Of a stretch of 64,000 bases of DNA, positions 36,905 through 45,725 are shown one piece after another. Positions within the stretch are counted from its first letter, which is position 1. Every line of letters begins with the position of its first letter. The notes beneath the pieces are model-generated. The model saw nothing but the letters and a program-made list of their open reading frames with translations. It did no database searches and was not told the origin of the DNA. The stretch lies in sequence record LC778249.1, one strand, 5' to 3'. Both the position numbers and the translations under genes were made by a program.

Positions 36905-37375
36905 ATGTTACTCGAAATTGAACGTAAGTTCCTGAGAAATGAGCATGTGATCATCGATGACATTCCGATTCGTCGTGTTGCAATCACTCAGTTTTACTTC
37001 GGCAAGCTGCGATTCCGCAAGCAAGTTGATGGTCTGACGTCTTATTACTGGAACATGAAGATCGGCAAAGGCATGAGCAAGATTGAACTGGAGACCCGTA
37101 TTCCCAAGTTCGTCTATGAGTTCGCCCGTCGCTATGCTAACCCCGCTGGCATCCTCGAAAAGATTCGCGATGTTTATCAGCACGGAAAACATAAAATTGA
37201 GCTTGACACCTTTAGCTCTTACCCGTATACTGGACTCCAAGTTGCGGAAATCGAGTTGAACCACGAGAAAGAAGAAATTCTGCCTCTGCCCAACTGGATC
37301 GGCAAAGAAGTGACCGGCGATAAGAAATACGCTAATCGTCGAATGGCTAAAAACGCTATCAAACAGAAGGTTTAA
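36905..37375 (+). CDS. CYTH / triphosphate tunnel metalloenzyme
   Basis: EIERKFL, EKIR, ELD.F, AEIEL, W.GKEVTGDKKY.N. Confidence 0.88.
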   Translation: MLLEIERKFLRNEHVIIDDIPIRRVAITQFYFGKLRFRKQVDGLTSYYWNMKIGKGMSKIELETRIPKFVYEFARRYANPAGILEKIRDVYQHGKHKIELDTFSSYPYTGLQVAEIELNHEKEEILPLPNWIGKEVTGDKKYANRRMAKNAIKQKV

Positions 37376-37377
37376 TA

Positions 37378-37689
37378 ATGAACAGCATGACCAAGAATCT
37401 GGGAGACATCGGTAAGAAGATCACACCGTGTATCAAGATCGGCAAGATGACTTTTCTTCGTGAGAAGTTTATCAAGTTCTTCGATATGAAGTTCGGAGAA
37501 TGGGAAGAGCATTGCAAGGAAAACAACATCCTGGTTCTGTCTTCCGTCAAGAATGAGATCAAGAAGTTGCGCGAATCTCTGGTAGAAACCAAAGAAATCA
37601 CACATAAAACTGCCAATCTTCGTCTGATCTTCGGCTATGATGTCGATCTGGAAGAGCTTGGTGAACGCTGGTTCGACGAGTATCTGTAA
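37378..37689 (+). CDS. Hypothetical protein, 103 aa
   Basis: ORF between CYTH and rIIA. Confidence 0.8.
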   Translation: MNSMTKNLGDIGKKITPCIKIGKMTFLREKFIKFFDMKFGEWEEHCKENNILVLSSVKNEIKKLRESLVETKEITHKTANLRLIFGYDVDLEELGERWFDEYL

Positions 37690-37756
37690 AAGCAATTGAC
37701 TACTGGATAATCGTTGTGCATTATCCAGTTACTGTAACGTATGTGAGGAATATATA

Positions 37757-37855
37757 ATGCCAACTATGAGATATGTAAATGAAAATTCATCAAGAACAAA
37801 CCGAAATCTACGGCAGCGCCGCGGACATGAGTTCCGGGTTCAAAATTCTGGCTAG
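37757..37855 (+). CDS. Possible 32-aa leader ORF overlapping the rIIA start
   Basis: GAGGA SD 7 nt before ATG 37757. Confidence 0.35.
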   Translation: MPTMRYVNENSSRTNRNLRQRRGHEFRVQNSG

Positions 37856-39977
37856 TGCAAAAGCATTCAAGATTCTGTCCAGTTCTCTGTATAAGTACAA
37901 GCAACGCGCCATCATTCGTGAACTGTGTTGCAACGCGGTAGACGGTCATATCGCTCTGGCTCGCACTGGGGTAGATGTTAAGACTACTTTCGACGTTACT
38001 CTGCCGAGTGTACTGAATCAACAATTCAGCGTCCGTGATTACGGTATTGGTCTGAGTGAGGAAGATGTTACCGGACTGTACTGCACTTATTTTGCAAGTA
38101 CCAAATCGAACAGTAACGACGAAATTGGCGGTTTCGGTCTTGGCTGTAAGTCTCCGTTTGCGTATACCGATACGTTCACAGTGACTTCCTGGCACGGCGG
38201 ATTCAAGCGCATTTACAGCGCATTCATGAAGAACGGCGAACCGAACATCATGAAAATGTTCGAAGAAGAAAGCAACGAGCCGACTGGTGTTGAAGTTACC
38301 GTACCTGTTAGTAATGATATGCACGTATGGGAACAAGAAGCCGCCCGCGTATTCTGCTCTTTCGAGAAATATCGTCCTCGTTTCGTTGGTAAGTCGATCA
38401 CAATCAACTACCTGGATTTCGATGCCGATGGTATCTGTAAGGTAGAAGGTGGCTGGAATACTCGCTCACAACATGGTAACGGTGTGTTCGCTGTTATGGG
38501 TGGTGTAGTTTACCCAATCCCGAGCGAATACTGGAACAACACCATGATCGGGCTGTTTGCTAAAGACAAGTCTTATTACGTTCGCTTCGAAATCGGTGAA
38601 CTTGATATGACTCCCAGCCGTGAAGAACTGAGTTTGGATCCTGATACAATCGCGTCTATTGACAAGCGAATCAAGATTCTGAACAAAGTTCATGATGTTG
38701 AAATCGACAAGATTTTTGCACAAGCGAATGACGTTTTTGAACTGTATCAGTTGATGAACAAGCGTCTGCCGACCGAAGTGTGGCGTCGAATGATCGATCA
38801 ACGTGATTTCCATGGCAAGACTGTCCAACAATGGAAAGCGCATTTCAATAGCTATACTCGTCCGAACATGGATGTTTATTTGCAGAATGCGAGCGTCGGT
38901 GTTACTGTTCGCAAGAACAAGATCCGTTATACCAGTAACATGGTTGGCTTTGATTCCAATTTCAAGCGTGTGATCATTAACGACTTGAAATCCGGCGCCG
39001 GTGAAGTTATGATGGCTCTGCATCGTCTGAACAAGTTCCGGGTTGAAGGTGCGTTGGTATTCGACGTCGCGAGCACAACTCCGATCGATCCAAAAGATCC
39101 TACACGTGGAACTGTTGGTGAAGCACACAAAGAAAACTTGATTCATTACCTGGGATACTGGCCGACTAGGATGAAGGACAAAATGATTGTCACTCTGTCC
39201 AAAGTTCGCGCCGATGTTCTGAAAGAAATGAAGGACAAGGGTCTGGTAGAAGTCAAGAAGCGTACCGGTAAAGCCACTAACGTGGTCGTGTACGAAAATG
39301 GCATCTACAAAGAAAAACAGATGTACGTGGAAGACATCGACGAGCTGAAAGATTGTTATTGGATGGGATATGAGTGGAGCAATCCGCGTCATGTTACTCC
39401 GACAATTACTATAGAGACTCTGAAATCCGGTAAGACCAAAGAGAAATTTGGCGATTGGAAGAGCGTGAATCTGTATAGCTCCGAGCTGATTTCTCAATGG
39501 GCTGCTGTAGAGAAGAAAACCGTTTATATGTTCAAGCCTACGCACTTCCAACGTGCATGGAAGAACAAGAATATCACTCAGGTATCTCAGGATATTATCC
39601 AGTTTGATGTTCTGAAACATGCCGATGCCGTTGACGAAACCCACTTTGGTGTGCAAGTCATGGAACGTTGGGTTGGTCGTCTCGAAAGCAACGTTATCAC
39701 CAAGCCGCTGGTAGATCAGATCTGTAATAACGGCAAAGTGAGTGAGATCGGTAATTTCTTGCGTCGTGCTCGGAATTCTATGTCAGATCTCAAGCTGACA
39801 AACGGCAAAAGTCTGCATGATGCTATTGCAGAACTGGAAAGAAAAGCGTATGATATCGCATACGTTAAGGTAAAAGAGTTCGAGAAGAATAACCCTCTGA
39901 TCGTCGCTTATACCAACTCCGTATATAGTATCCCAGATGCAACTGCGACAAACATTGTTCAAGTTGCTGTAAAATAA
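37779..39977 (+). CDS. rIIA: rIIA protein
   Basis: FKILSSSLY..IRELCCNA, RDYGIG, IGGFGLG (GHKL fold). Confidence 0.95.
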   Translation: MKIHQEQTEIYGSAADMSSGFKILASAKAFKILSSSLYKYKQRAIIRELCCNAVDGHIALARTGVDVKTTFDVTLPSVLNQQFSVRDYGIGLSEEDVTGLYCTYFASTKSNSNDEIGGFGLGCKSPFAYTDTFTVTSWHGGFKRIYSAFMKNGEPNIMKMFEEESNEPTGVEVTVPVSNDMHVWEQEAARVFCSFEKYRPRFVGKSITINYLDFDADGICKVEGGWNTRSQHGNGVFAVMGGVVYPIPSEYWNNTMIGLFAKDKSYYVRFEIGELDMTPSREELSLDPDTIASIDKRIKILNKVHDVEIDKIFAQANDVFELYQLMNKRLPTEVWRRMIDQRDFHGKTVQQWKAHFNSYTRPNMDVYLQNASVGVTVRKNKIRYTSNMVGFDSNFKRVIINDLKSGAGEVMMALHRLNKFRVEGALVFDVASTTPIDPKDPTRGTVGEAHKENLIHYLGYWPTRMKDKMIVTLSKVRADVLKEMKDKGLVEVKKRTGKATNVVVYENGIYKEKQMYVEDIDELKDCYWMGYEWSNPRHVTPTITIETLKSGKTKEKFGDWKSVNLYSSELISQWAAVEKKTVYMFKPTHFQRAWKNKNITQVSQDIIQFDVLKHADAVDETHFGVQVMERWVGRLESNVITKPLVDQICNNGKVSEIGNFLRRARNSMSDLKLTNGKSLHDAIAELERKAYDIAYVKVKEFEKNNPLIVAYTNSVYSIPDATATNIVQVAVK

Positions 39978-39980
39978 ATA

Positions 39981-40019
39981 TTGACGTGCGGTCATTCATA
40001 TGAGATAATGACCGCACGT
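39981..40019 (+). promoter_or_regulatory. rIIB promoter with 13-bp inverted repeat
   Basis: TTGACG-17-GATAAT; ACGTGCGGTCATT/AATGACCGCACGT. Confidence 0.7.
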
Positions 40020-40034
40020 TATGAGAAGGAGATA

Positions 40035-40097
40035 ATGTTTATTATGAGAATCAAAAGCGTTAAACTAATCAAACCTGACAAGAAAAGGAAACTGTAA
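40035..40097 (+). CDS. 20-aa basic leader peptide ahead of rIIB
   Basis: AAGGAG SD; MFIMRIKSVKLIKPDKKRKL*; stop 1 nt before rIIB ATG. Confidence 0.5.
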   Translation: MFIMRIKSVKLIKPDKKRKL

Positions 40098-40098
40098 A

Positions 40099-41397
40099 AT
40101 GGCTAAACTGACTGAACAACAAAAAGCACGTATTCTGGCTGGCACTCTGGGTCGTGGCGTACTGGCTCGCGAACTGAACATCGGCGAATCCGCAGCTCGT
40201 AAAATGATCGAACTCGTAAAAGAAGAAGATCGACTGGCTAAGGCAAAACAGCCGAGCAACGGTGTTACCGAAGCTATGCGCAAAGAGATTCTGGAAGGCA
40301 AACTGGGTCGCACTGTTCTGGCCAAGCGTCTGAATATCAAAGAATCCGAAGCTCGCAAGATCATCGAAGCAATTCGTGGTAACGTAGCTCCGGCAACTAA
40401 AGCCGCACCAGTTGCTAAACCTGCTGTTGTTGCTCCGAAAGCCGCTCCGGTTGTACCGAAGAAAGAGGACACCCATCTGGGCGCTCGATTTCACGAAGCA
40501 GACAAACGAGCTGACGAGCGAGACGCAAAAATCGTCGAACTCTATACCACCGGTGAGTACAAGTCCCAAAAGACTGTCGCATCCCTGGTTGGTTGCTCTG
40601 AAAGCACTGTTGGTGAAGTTCTCAAGCGTAAAGGCGTAAAAGCCCGTCGTCCTGGTTCTCCGGCTGTTGCACCGGTTGAGACTCCGAAAGAACTCAAGTG
40701 GTTCGCGTCTACCAAGTTCATCAACATCATGGCAGACGGTAAGACTTACACTGCCGATAGCAGTCACGAACAGTTCCGCAAAGCTCTGGATCTGTGTATC
40801 GCTGGTGATGTTCTGAAAGCTCTGGGTCTGATCAACGTTGCTAAGGGTGTTAGCTCTTATGCTAAAGGTCAACTCAAGGTAGAAAATGATGTTGTTACTT
40901 ATAAGGGTCTGGAAATTGGTGGTTCTGTTGTAAAGCGTATCATCAGCAACATGCACGATGGTAAGCCGTTCGGTCACCTGGTAGCGTTTCTCGAAAAACT
41001 GCTGCTGAATCCGAACAAGAAAGCAATCGAAGGCCTGTTTGACTTCCTTGAGCACAACGACATCGAAATCACCACCGACGGTTTCGTCCATGCTTATCGT
41101 CGTTGCACTACCGATTATAAAGACTTTTATACCGGTAAGCTTTCAAACAAAGTAGGTGAAACGGTTAAACTGGATCGTGCTAAGTGTGACAGCTCCGACG
41201 CAACTTGTTCTGCCGGTCTCCACGTAGCAGCTCGACACTACATCCCGAACTATCACGGTGGTCAAGGTCGTATTCTGCTGGTACAAGTTGATCCTCAGCA
41301 TGTAGTAGCAGTTCCGAAAGACTACAAGGGCGCAAAAATGCGTTGCTGTGAGTTCAAGGTTCTGAAAGACATTACCAAAGAGTTTGGTAAGCACTAA
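40099..41397 (+). CDS. rIIB: rIIB protein with three N-terminal HTH-like units
   Basis: LFDFLEHNDIEIT.DG, CSAGLH, VDPQHVVAVP.DY..KMRCC. Confidence 0.95.
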   Translation: MAKLTEQQKARILAGTLGRGVLARELNIGESAARKMIELVKEEDRLAKAKQPSNGVTEAMRKEILEGKLGRTVLAKRLNIKESEARKIIEAIRGNVAPATKAAPVAKPAVVAPKAAPVVPKKEDTHLGARFHEADKRADERDAKIVELYTTGEYKSQKTVASLVGCSESTVGEVLKRKGVKARRPGSPAVAPVETPKELKWFASTKFINIMADGKTYTADSSHEQFRKALDLCIAGDVLKALGLINVAKGVSSYAKGQLKVENDVVTYKGLEIGGSVVKRIISNMHDGKPFGHLVAFLEKLLLNPNKKAIEGLFDFLEHNDIEITTDGFVHAYRRCTTDYKDFYTGKLSNKVGETVKLDRAKCDSSDATCSAGLHVAARHYIPNYHGGQGRILLVQVDPQHVVAVPKDYKGAKMRCCEFKVLKDITKEFGKH

Positions 41398-41402
41398 TCA
41401 TC

Positions 41403-41428
41403 AAAAGCCACCTTCGGGTGGCTTTTTT
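41403..41428 (+). terminator. Rho-independent terminator
   Basis: AAAAGCCACC-ttcg-GGTGGCTTTT-TT. Confidence 0.85.
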
Positions 41429-41441
41429 ATTTTAAAAAGTG

Positions 41442-41469
41442 TTGACTTGTGATTCTGAACCAGTATACT
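41442..41469 (+). promoter_or_regulatory. Early promoter
   Basis: TTGACT-16-TATACT. Confidence 0.7.
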
Positions 41470-41498
41470 GAGCACATCAACCAAAGAGAGTAAACAAA

Positions 41499-42065
41499 AT
41501 GAAATCATTTAAATCGTTTGTCGATTGCATTGAAGTAGAAAGCGGTGCACGTGGCAAATCGGATGCTGCGTTTGTCTGCTTCTACTGTGACAAAGTGCAG
41601 CCATATATCAATACAACCGACCCGACTTTCCCAGAAGACAAGAAGCACGTTTGGGCACACAAAATCCTTCTGAATGTTCGTTGGGATTCTCGTTTCGGCT
41701 TCCCGGGTGGTATGGTAGATGAAGGCGAAAGCCTGATCGAAGCTGCGGTGCGCGAATGCAAAGAAGAAATTGGATACACTCCGAATCCAGATCATCTGCT
41801 GCATCTTTGCACACACAAGATTCCTGAAAGTGGTATGCATTGCCACCTGTATATGTGCCGTGTTTCTGAGGAAGCACTGTATGACATGCAACGTTCGGCA
41901 ATGGATGCGACCCACTCGCGTATCGAAGCTTTCGGAAACGCGGTAGCGCATCTGACACCACCGACAATCAAACAAATGAAGCACGCCAACTGTGCTCGTA
42001 CCGTGAAAGCCGAACTGGTAGAAGTATTCGACTTTCTGGGCGTTGACTATGACTGGAGCAACTGA
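41499..42065 (+). CDS. Nudix hydrolase, NUDT16-like
   Basis: RWDSRFGFPGGMVDEGESLIEAAVRECKEEIG Nudix box. Confidence 0.9.
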   Translation: MKSFKSFVDCIEVESGARGKSDAAFVCFYCDKVQPYINTTDPTFPEDKKHVWAHKILLNVRWDSRFGFPGGMVDEGESLIEAAVRECKEEIGYTPNPDHLLHLCTHKIPESGMHCHLYMCRVSEEALYDMQRSAMDATHSRIEAFGNAVAHLTPPTIKQMKHANCARTVKAELVEVFDFLGVDYDWSN

Positions 42066-42066
42066 T

Positions 42067-42288
42067 ATGACAATGAAACTCACTGTACCGCAGATGTACG
42101 ATCTTATCCGCAAGAGCATTTGCGAGACAAGCGACCAATACCGTTTTGGTCAAGCGTTGTTCAACAACTTGCCAACGGAACTGGCGGATTCAATCAGAGG
42201 TACCGATAAGGATTTCTTCTATTGGGATAACAAACGTCAACAAGAGATCATCCAATACTGTTATGATCATATGACGTTCTCCTGTTAA
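42067..42288 (+). CDS. Hypothetical protein, 73 aa
   Basis: GGAG SD; RFGQALFN..IRGT.KD.FY. Confidence 0.8.
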   Translation: MTMKLTVPQMYDLIRKSICETSDQYRFGQALFNNLPTELADSIRGTDKDFFYWDNKRQQEIIQYCYDHMTFSC

Positions 42289-42402
42289 TAGGAAGACATT
42301 GGAGCGATTCCTAGCGATAGTCTATGCGATGATATCAATTAGTTAAGGAATCGCTCCAAATCGATTTGATGAATAGATAGTATAATAATTAAACTCCAAA
42401 AT

Positions 42403-42530
42403 GTCGCGCCAGCGACTGCGAAGCTAATCTATTGATTTCTAACGAAAAGACAAAGTAAATTCTCATATAAGATATATAAGAGATTTTATTTTCTCTTTTT
42501 GTTACATAGTAACAATTAGCGGCTATGCCG
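42403..42530. repeat. Dispersed intergenic element, copy 3
   Basis: TAATCTATTGATT IHF consensus; 57/59 identity with copy 1; GCGGC-tat-GCCGC hairpin. Confidence 0.85.
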
Positions 42531-42591
42531 CAGTGTTGACACACGTTAGCTAGTGTGTAATAATTTGATCTCTACTTAATGAGGTAATGAA

Positions 42592-43098
42592 ATGAAATTG
42601 AATACCAATCTCCTTATAGGAAATGCACTGTATATCGGTACTCTGTTCCCTAACAAAACTGGCATTCTGGAGTTTACTCCTGGCCAAATTGCTCGGGTAC
42701 CTGTGAATCACGATCTGACTACTCCTGGTTTCTATCTGATCGCTACTTTCCCGACTAATGACGCTCGCCTGCGCGATATCGTTAGCGTAAACCACGTCGG
42801 TATTCAGAAACGCAAAACTGGCTTTAAGGAAGTTCTGCGTCGCTTGAATAATCCGCGTACCGAGCAAAACAAAGCATTGGGCGATTACTTGTGCAAGCGA
42901 TCTACCGAAATCTTCACCGATGCCAGTATCGTAAAAGCTTGGCGTGAGGTAGAAGCAAAACATCAAGTGTTCTTCGTGTCCTACGCACAAATGCGCGACC
43001 TGCTTGGTATCGAAGAATACAGCGCGAAAAACAACGGTATCGCTATGATCACCGAGCTTCGCACCAAATATGACTTTATTGGTCGTCTGAAATCCTGA
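42592..43098 (+). CDS. ndd: Nucleoid disruption protein
   Basis: LTTPGFY..VGIQKRKTGFKEVL resembles T4 Ndd; synteny before 52. Confidence 0.8.
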   Translation: MKLNTNLLIGNALYIGTLFPNKTGILEFTPGQIARVPVNHDLTTPGFYLIATFPTNDARLRDIVSVNHVGIQKRKTGFKEVLRRLNNPRTEQNKALGDYLCKRSTEIFTDASIVKAWREVEAKHQVFFVSYAQMRDLLGIEEYSAKNNGIAMITELRTKYDFIGRLKS

Positions 43099-43100
43099 TG

Positions 43101-43144
43101 TTGACATCTTCAAACAGCCGTGTATAATATCCTGACTGTTTGAA
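43101..43144 (+). promoter_or_regulatory. Gene 52 promoter, -10 inside inverted repeat
   Basis: TTGACA-16-TATAAT; TTCAAACAG/CTGTTTGAA. Confidence 0.75.
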
Positions 43145-43156
43145 AAGAGGTAAAGA

Positions 43157-44473
43157 ATGCAAGTAACTAAACGTGGAATATCTAGTCTAGTCAATAACGA
43201 AGCAAAAGAATTTGCGATGTATACCATTGAGGAACGCGCTCTACCAAGCATGATAGACGGTCTAAAACCGGTACAACGTTATATTCTTTATAGCGTGTTG
43301 AAGAATGCTGGCAAGTCTTTCAAGAAGAATGCTGCAATCGCTGGTGTGATCTCTGAGTATGGTTACAACCACGGCGAAGTTGCTGCCATGGATGCCGCAT
43401 GTTTGATGGCTTCTACTTGGAACAACAACTTCCCTATTATTCAGGGTCAAGGTAACTTCGGTTCCCGAGCTGTGCAAGAGGGTGCGGCAGCGCGTTATAT
43501 CTTCTGTACCAAGCACGATCAATTCGATAGCATGTTCAAAGATATGGAGCTGCTGGAAGAGTCTACCGCTGATGGTTCTGAACTCCCACGCTACTATCTG
43601 CCGATTCTGCCAACTGTTCTGCTGAACGGTGTTAGCGGTATTGCAACTGGATTTGCTACCAAGATTCTGCCACATAGCTTGGTGAGTGTTGCTAAGTGTG
43701 TTGAGCAAGTTCTTAAAACTGGTAAGTGCGACGAACCACAGATTCAGTTCCCGCTGTTCTATGGTAAAATCACTCCTGTTGTCGATAAGAATCAAGCTTG
43801 GACACTGGAAGGCTGTTATGAACTTAGCGGTAAAACTAAGTTGACAATCAGCGAGATTCCAGTAAAATATGATCGCGTTAAGTATGTGACTTTACTGGAT
43901 AAGCTGGTAGAGACCGACAAGATTGTTGGCTATGACGAGTCCAAAATGGATGATCGTGAGTTCTGTTTCAAGATCACGCTAAAGCGTGATTTCGATACCA
44001 GTCACGAAAACATCATTAAGACTTTCAAACTGGCTCAGAATGTGTCACAATACATTCGCGTAATCGATCAAAACGGCGATTTGAAGCCATACGAAAAAGC
44101 TTCTGATCTGATTGTTGATTTCGTGAATTATCGCTTCGGCATCTTGCAAAAGCGAATCGATAATGCTATTGTAGCAACGACTGAGAAACTTGGATATGCT
44201 CAAGCTAAGGTAGAGTTTATCAAGCTTGTGCTAGACGAGAAGATCAAGTTCCATAAACAGACTCGCAAGCAAGTAATCGAACAGATTCAAGCTTTCGATA
44301 GTCTGAAAGACTATGCCGAACAACTGGTGCAAATGAACTTGTACCACATGACGGAAGACGAATTGACTAAGCTAGAAAAGCAAGTCACCGAGTTGACCAA
44401 AGAAAACGACTTCTGGAAGAACACTTCTCCCAAGAAGCAATACCAATCTGACATCAAGGAATTTTTGAAATGA
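43157..44473 (+). CDS. 52: DNA topoisomerase II medium subunit
   Basis: DGLKPVQR, YNHGE, GNFGSR..AAARY. Confidence 0.97.
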   Translation: MQVTKRGISSLVNNEAKEFAMYTIEERALPSMIDGLKPVQRYILYSVLKNAGKSFKKNAAIAGVISEYGYNHGEVAAMDAACLMASTWNNNFPIIQGQGNFGSRAVQEGAAARYIFCTKHDQFDSMFKDMELLEESTADGSELPRYYLPILPTVLLNGVSGIATGFATKILPHSLVSVAKCVEQVLKTGKCDEPQIQFPLFYGKITPVVDKNQAWTLEGCYELSGKTKLTISEIPVKYDRVKYVTLLDKLVETDKIVGYDESKMDDREFCFKITLKRDFDTSHENIIKTFKLAQNVSQYIRVIDQNGDLKPYEKASDLIVDFVNYRFGILQKRIDNAIVATTEKLGYAQAKVEFIKLVLDEKIKFHKQTRKQVIEQIQAFDSLKDYAEQLVQMNLYHMTEDELTKLEKQVTELTKENDFWKNTSPKKQYQSDIKEFLK

Positions 44474-44745
44474 GTATTTTTTCATTCTGGCAAGCTGCAC
44501 AACGCCGTGTTCGTGAATTCGCAGGTGATGCTGAACTGACTATCGGTCCTCGTCCGCTGACTGCAATTGTTGAGCAACTGGAACAAACTGTTACCGAGCT
44601 GAAAGAGCGTCAAGCCGATGATATTGCACAAGTAGAGCAACTGGACAAAGACATCGCCGTTATCCAAAAGCGTCAAGCCAACAAGCGTCAAGATGCGGAA
44701 CGCGCCGGTCGTATCGCACAGAAGTTCGAGGAACTGCTGAAATGA
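44470..44745 (+). CDS. Hypothetical coiled-coil protein
   Basis: ATGA coupling, heptad pattern. Confidence 0.8.
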   Translation: MSIFSFWQAAQRRVREFAGDAELTIGPRPLTAIVEQLEQTVTELKERQADDIAQVEQLDKDIAVIQKRQANKRQDAERAGRIAQKFEELLK

Positions 44746-45176
44746 TGCTTGCCACTCGACTCAATCGCGCAATGAAGCAAGAGCAAGTCGAGTGGCATTC
44801 TCTATGCCGCGTGTTTGGTTTACTCGGCATATTGATTGTCGCCGCTAACGTCTTCGCAATGTTGCTGGGTGAACCTACAGAATGGGTACTTGGTCTGAAA
44901 ATCTGGGGTTCGATGTTTATGTTCGGTGCGTATGTCAAGACATATACAATCGAAGCAAACAGAATTCAGACGGTAGGCAACAAGTTCAAGCATATTCTGA
45001 TCTTCGATTACCTCTGCCGCAAGTCTGGTAATGGTGCAACTGAGATCGCAGATTTTGCCGCTGAAAAGTTTGATCGTCTCAGCAAAGACGAGCGAAAGAA
45101 AATCGAACGTCAACTAAATATTCAACTGTTGACTTTCTTTGTGATTGTCGCTACCATACTTGTATTCATTGACTGA
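44742..45176 (+). CDS. Hypothetical membrane protein (about 3 TM)
   Basis: ATGA coupling; hydrophobic stretches. Confidence 0.8.
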   Translation: MMLATRLNRAMKQEQVEWHSLCRVFGLLGILIVAANVFAMLLGEPTEWVLGLKIWGSMFMFGAYVKTYTIEANRIQTVGNKFKHILIFDYLCRKSGNGATEIADFAAEKFDRLSKDERKKIERQLNIQLLTFFVIVATILVFID

Positions 45177-45185
45177 GGTAAAGAA

Positions 45186-45311
45186 ATGCAAAACTTTGTT
45201 GCCAAACATGCTCGCGAATTCAACAATGCCGTTGTCATGGTTGATCGCAAGAAGCAAAGCAAAAACGCCGGTGCTCGCAAGATGAAGCACAAGGGCAAAA
45301 TCGACTACTAA
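45186..45311 (+). CDS. 41-aa basic protein resembling T4 arn.1
   Basis: GAGG SD; MQNFVAKH.REFN..DRKK..KHKGK. Confidence 0.7.
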   Translation: MQNFVAKHAREFNNAVVMVDRKKQSKNAGARKMKHKGKIDY

Positions 45312-45337
45312 TTCAATTCTGGTTTGAGGTATACAAA

Positions 45338-45655
45338 ATGAAACGTTATTTTCTGTTTCGTGGTAACCATGTGTTTGCCGTTGACTCTGATAATCACGCA
45401 TTACCGCTCGACGCGATTACAATCTCAGATGGCATTTTCGAACTCGACCGGTTCGGTATGTTAATGAGTATCAAGGATCGATACTCCACAAAGTTTCGAC
45501 TGTTTGACAGTGTGAACGCTATGTTCCGTCATATGGAAAACGACGGTGATATTGCATTCAAACAAGCAGACGGCATTCAACTGGTTACCATGGACGACAT
45601 TGTGGAGAAACTGACCCGTGCCGCTCATGACTTTAGTCACAGGAAAGATCTGTGA
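45338..45655 (+). CDS. Hypothetical protein, 105 aa
   Basis: GAGGT SD. Confidence 0.8.
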   Translation: MKRYFLFRGNHVFAVDSDNHALPLDAITISDGIFELDRFGMLMSIKDRYSTKFRLFDSVNAMFRHMENDGDIAFKQADGIQLVTMDDIVEKLTRAAHDFSHRKDL

Positions 45656-45725
45656 GGGTTTGCCACCCGATTGGCAAGAACAAGAAGTTAAGACGTCGAT
45701 TCAAATCGACCTGGAAAAATATCAG

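Noticed and set aside
13-42530. CRISPR array or IS ends as explanation of the dispersed repeats
   Set aside because: Copies are 17-25 kb apart with no repeat-spacer periodicity, no transposase and no target duplication.
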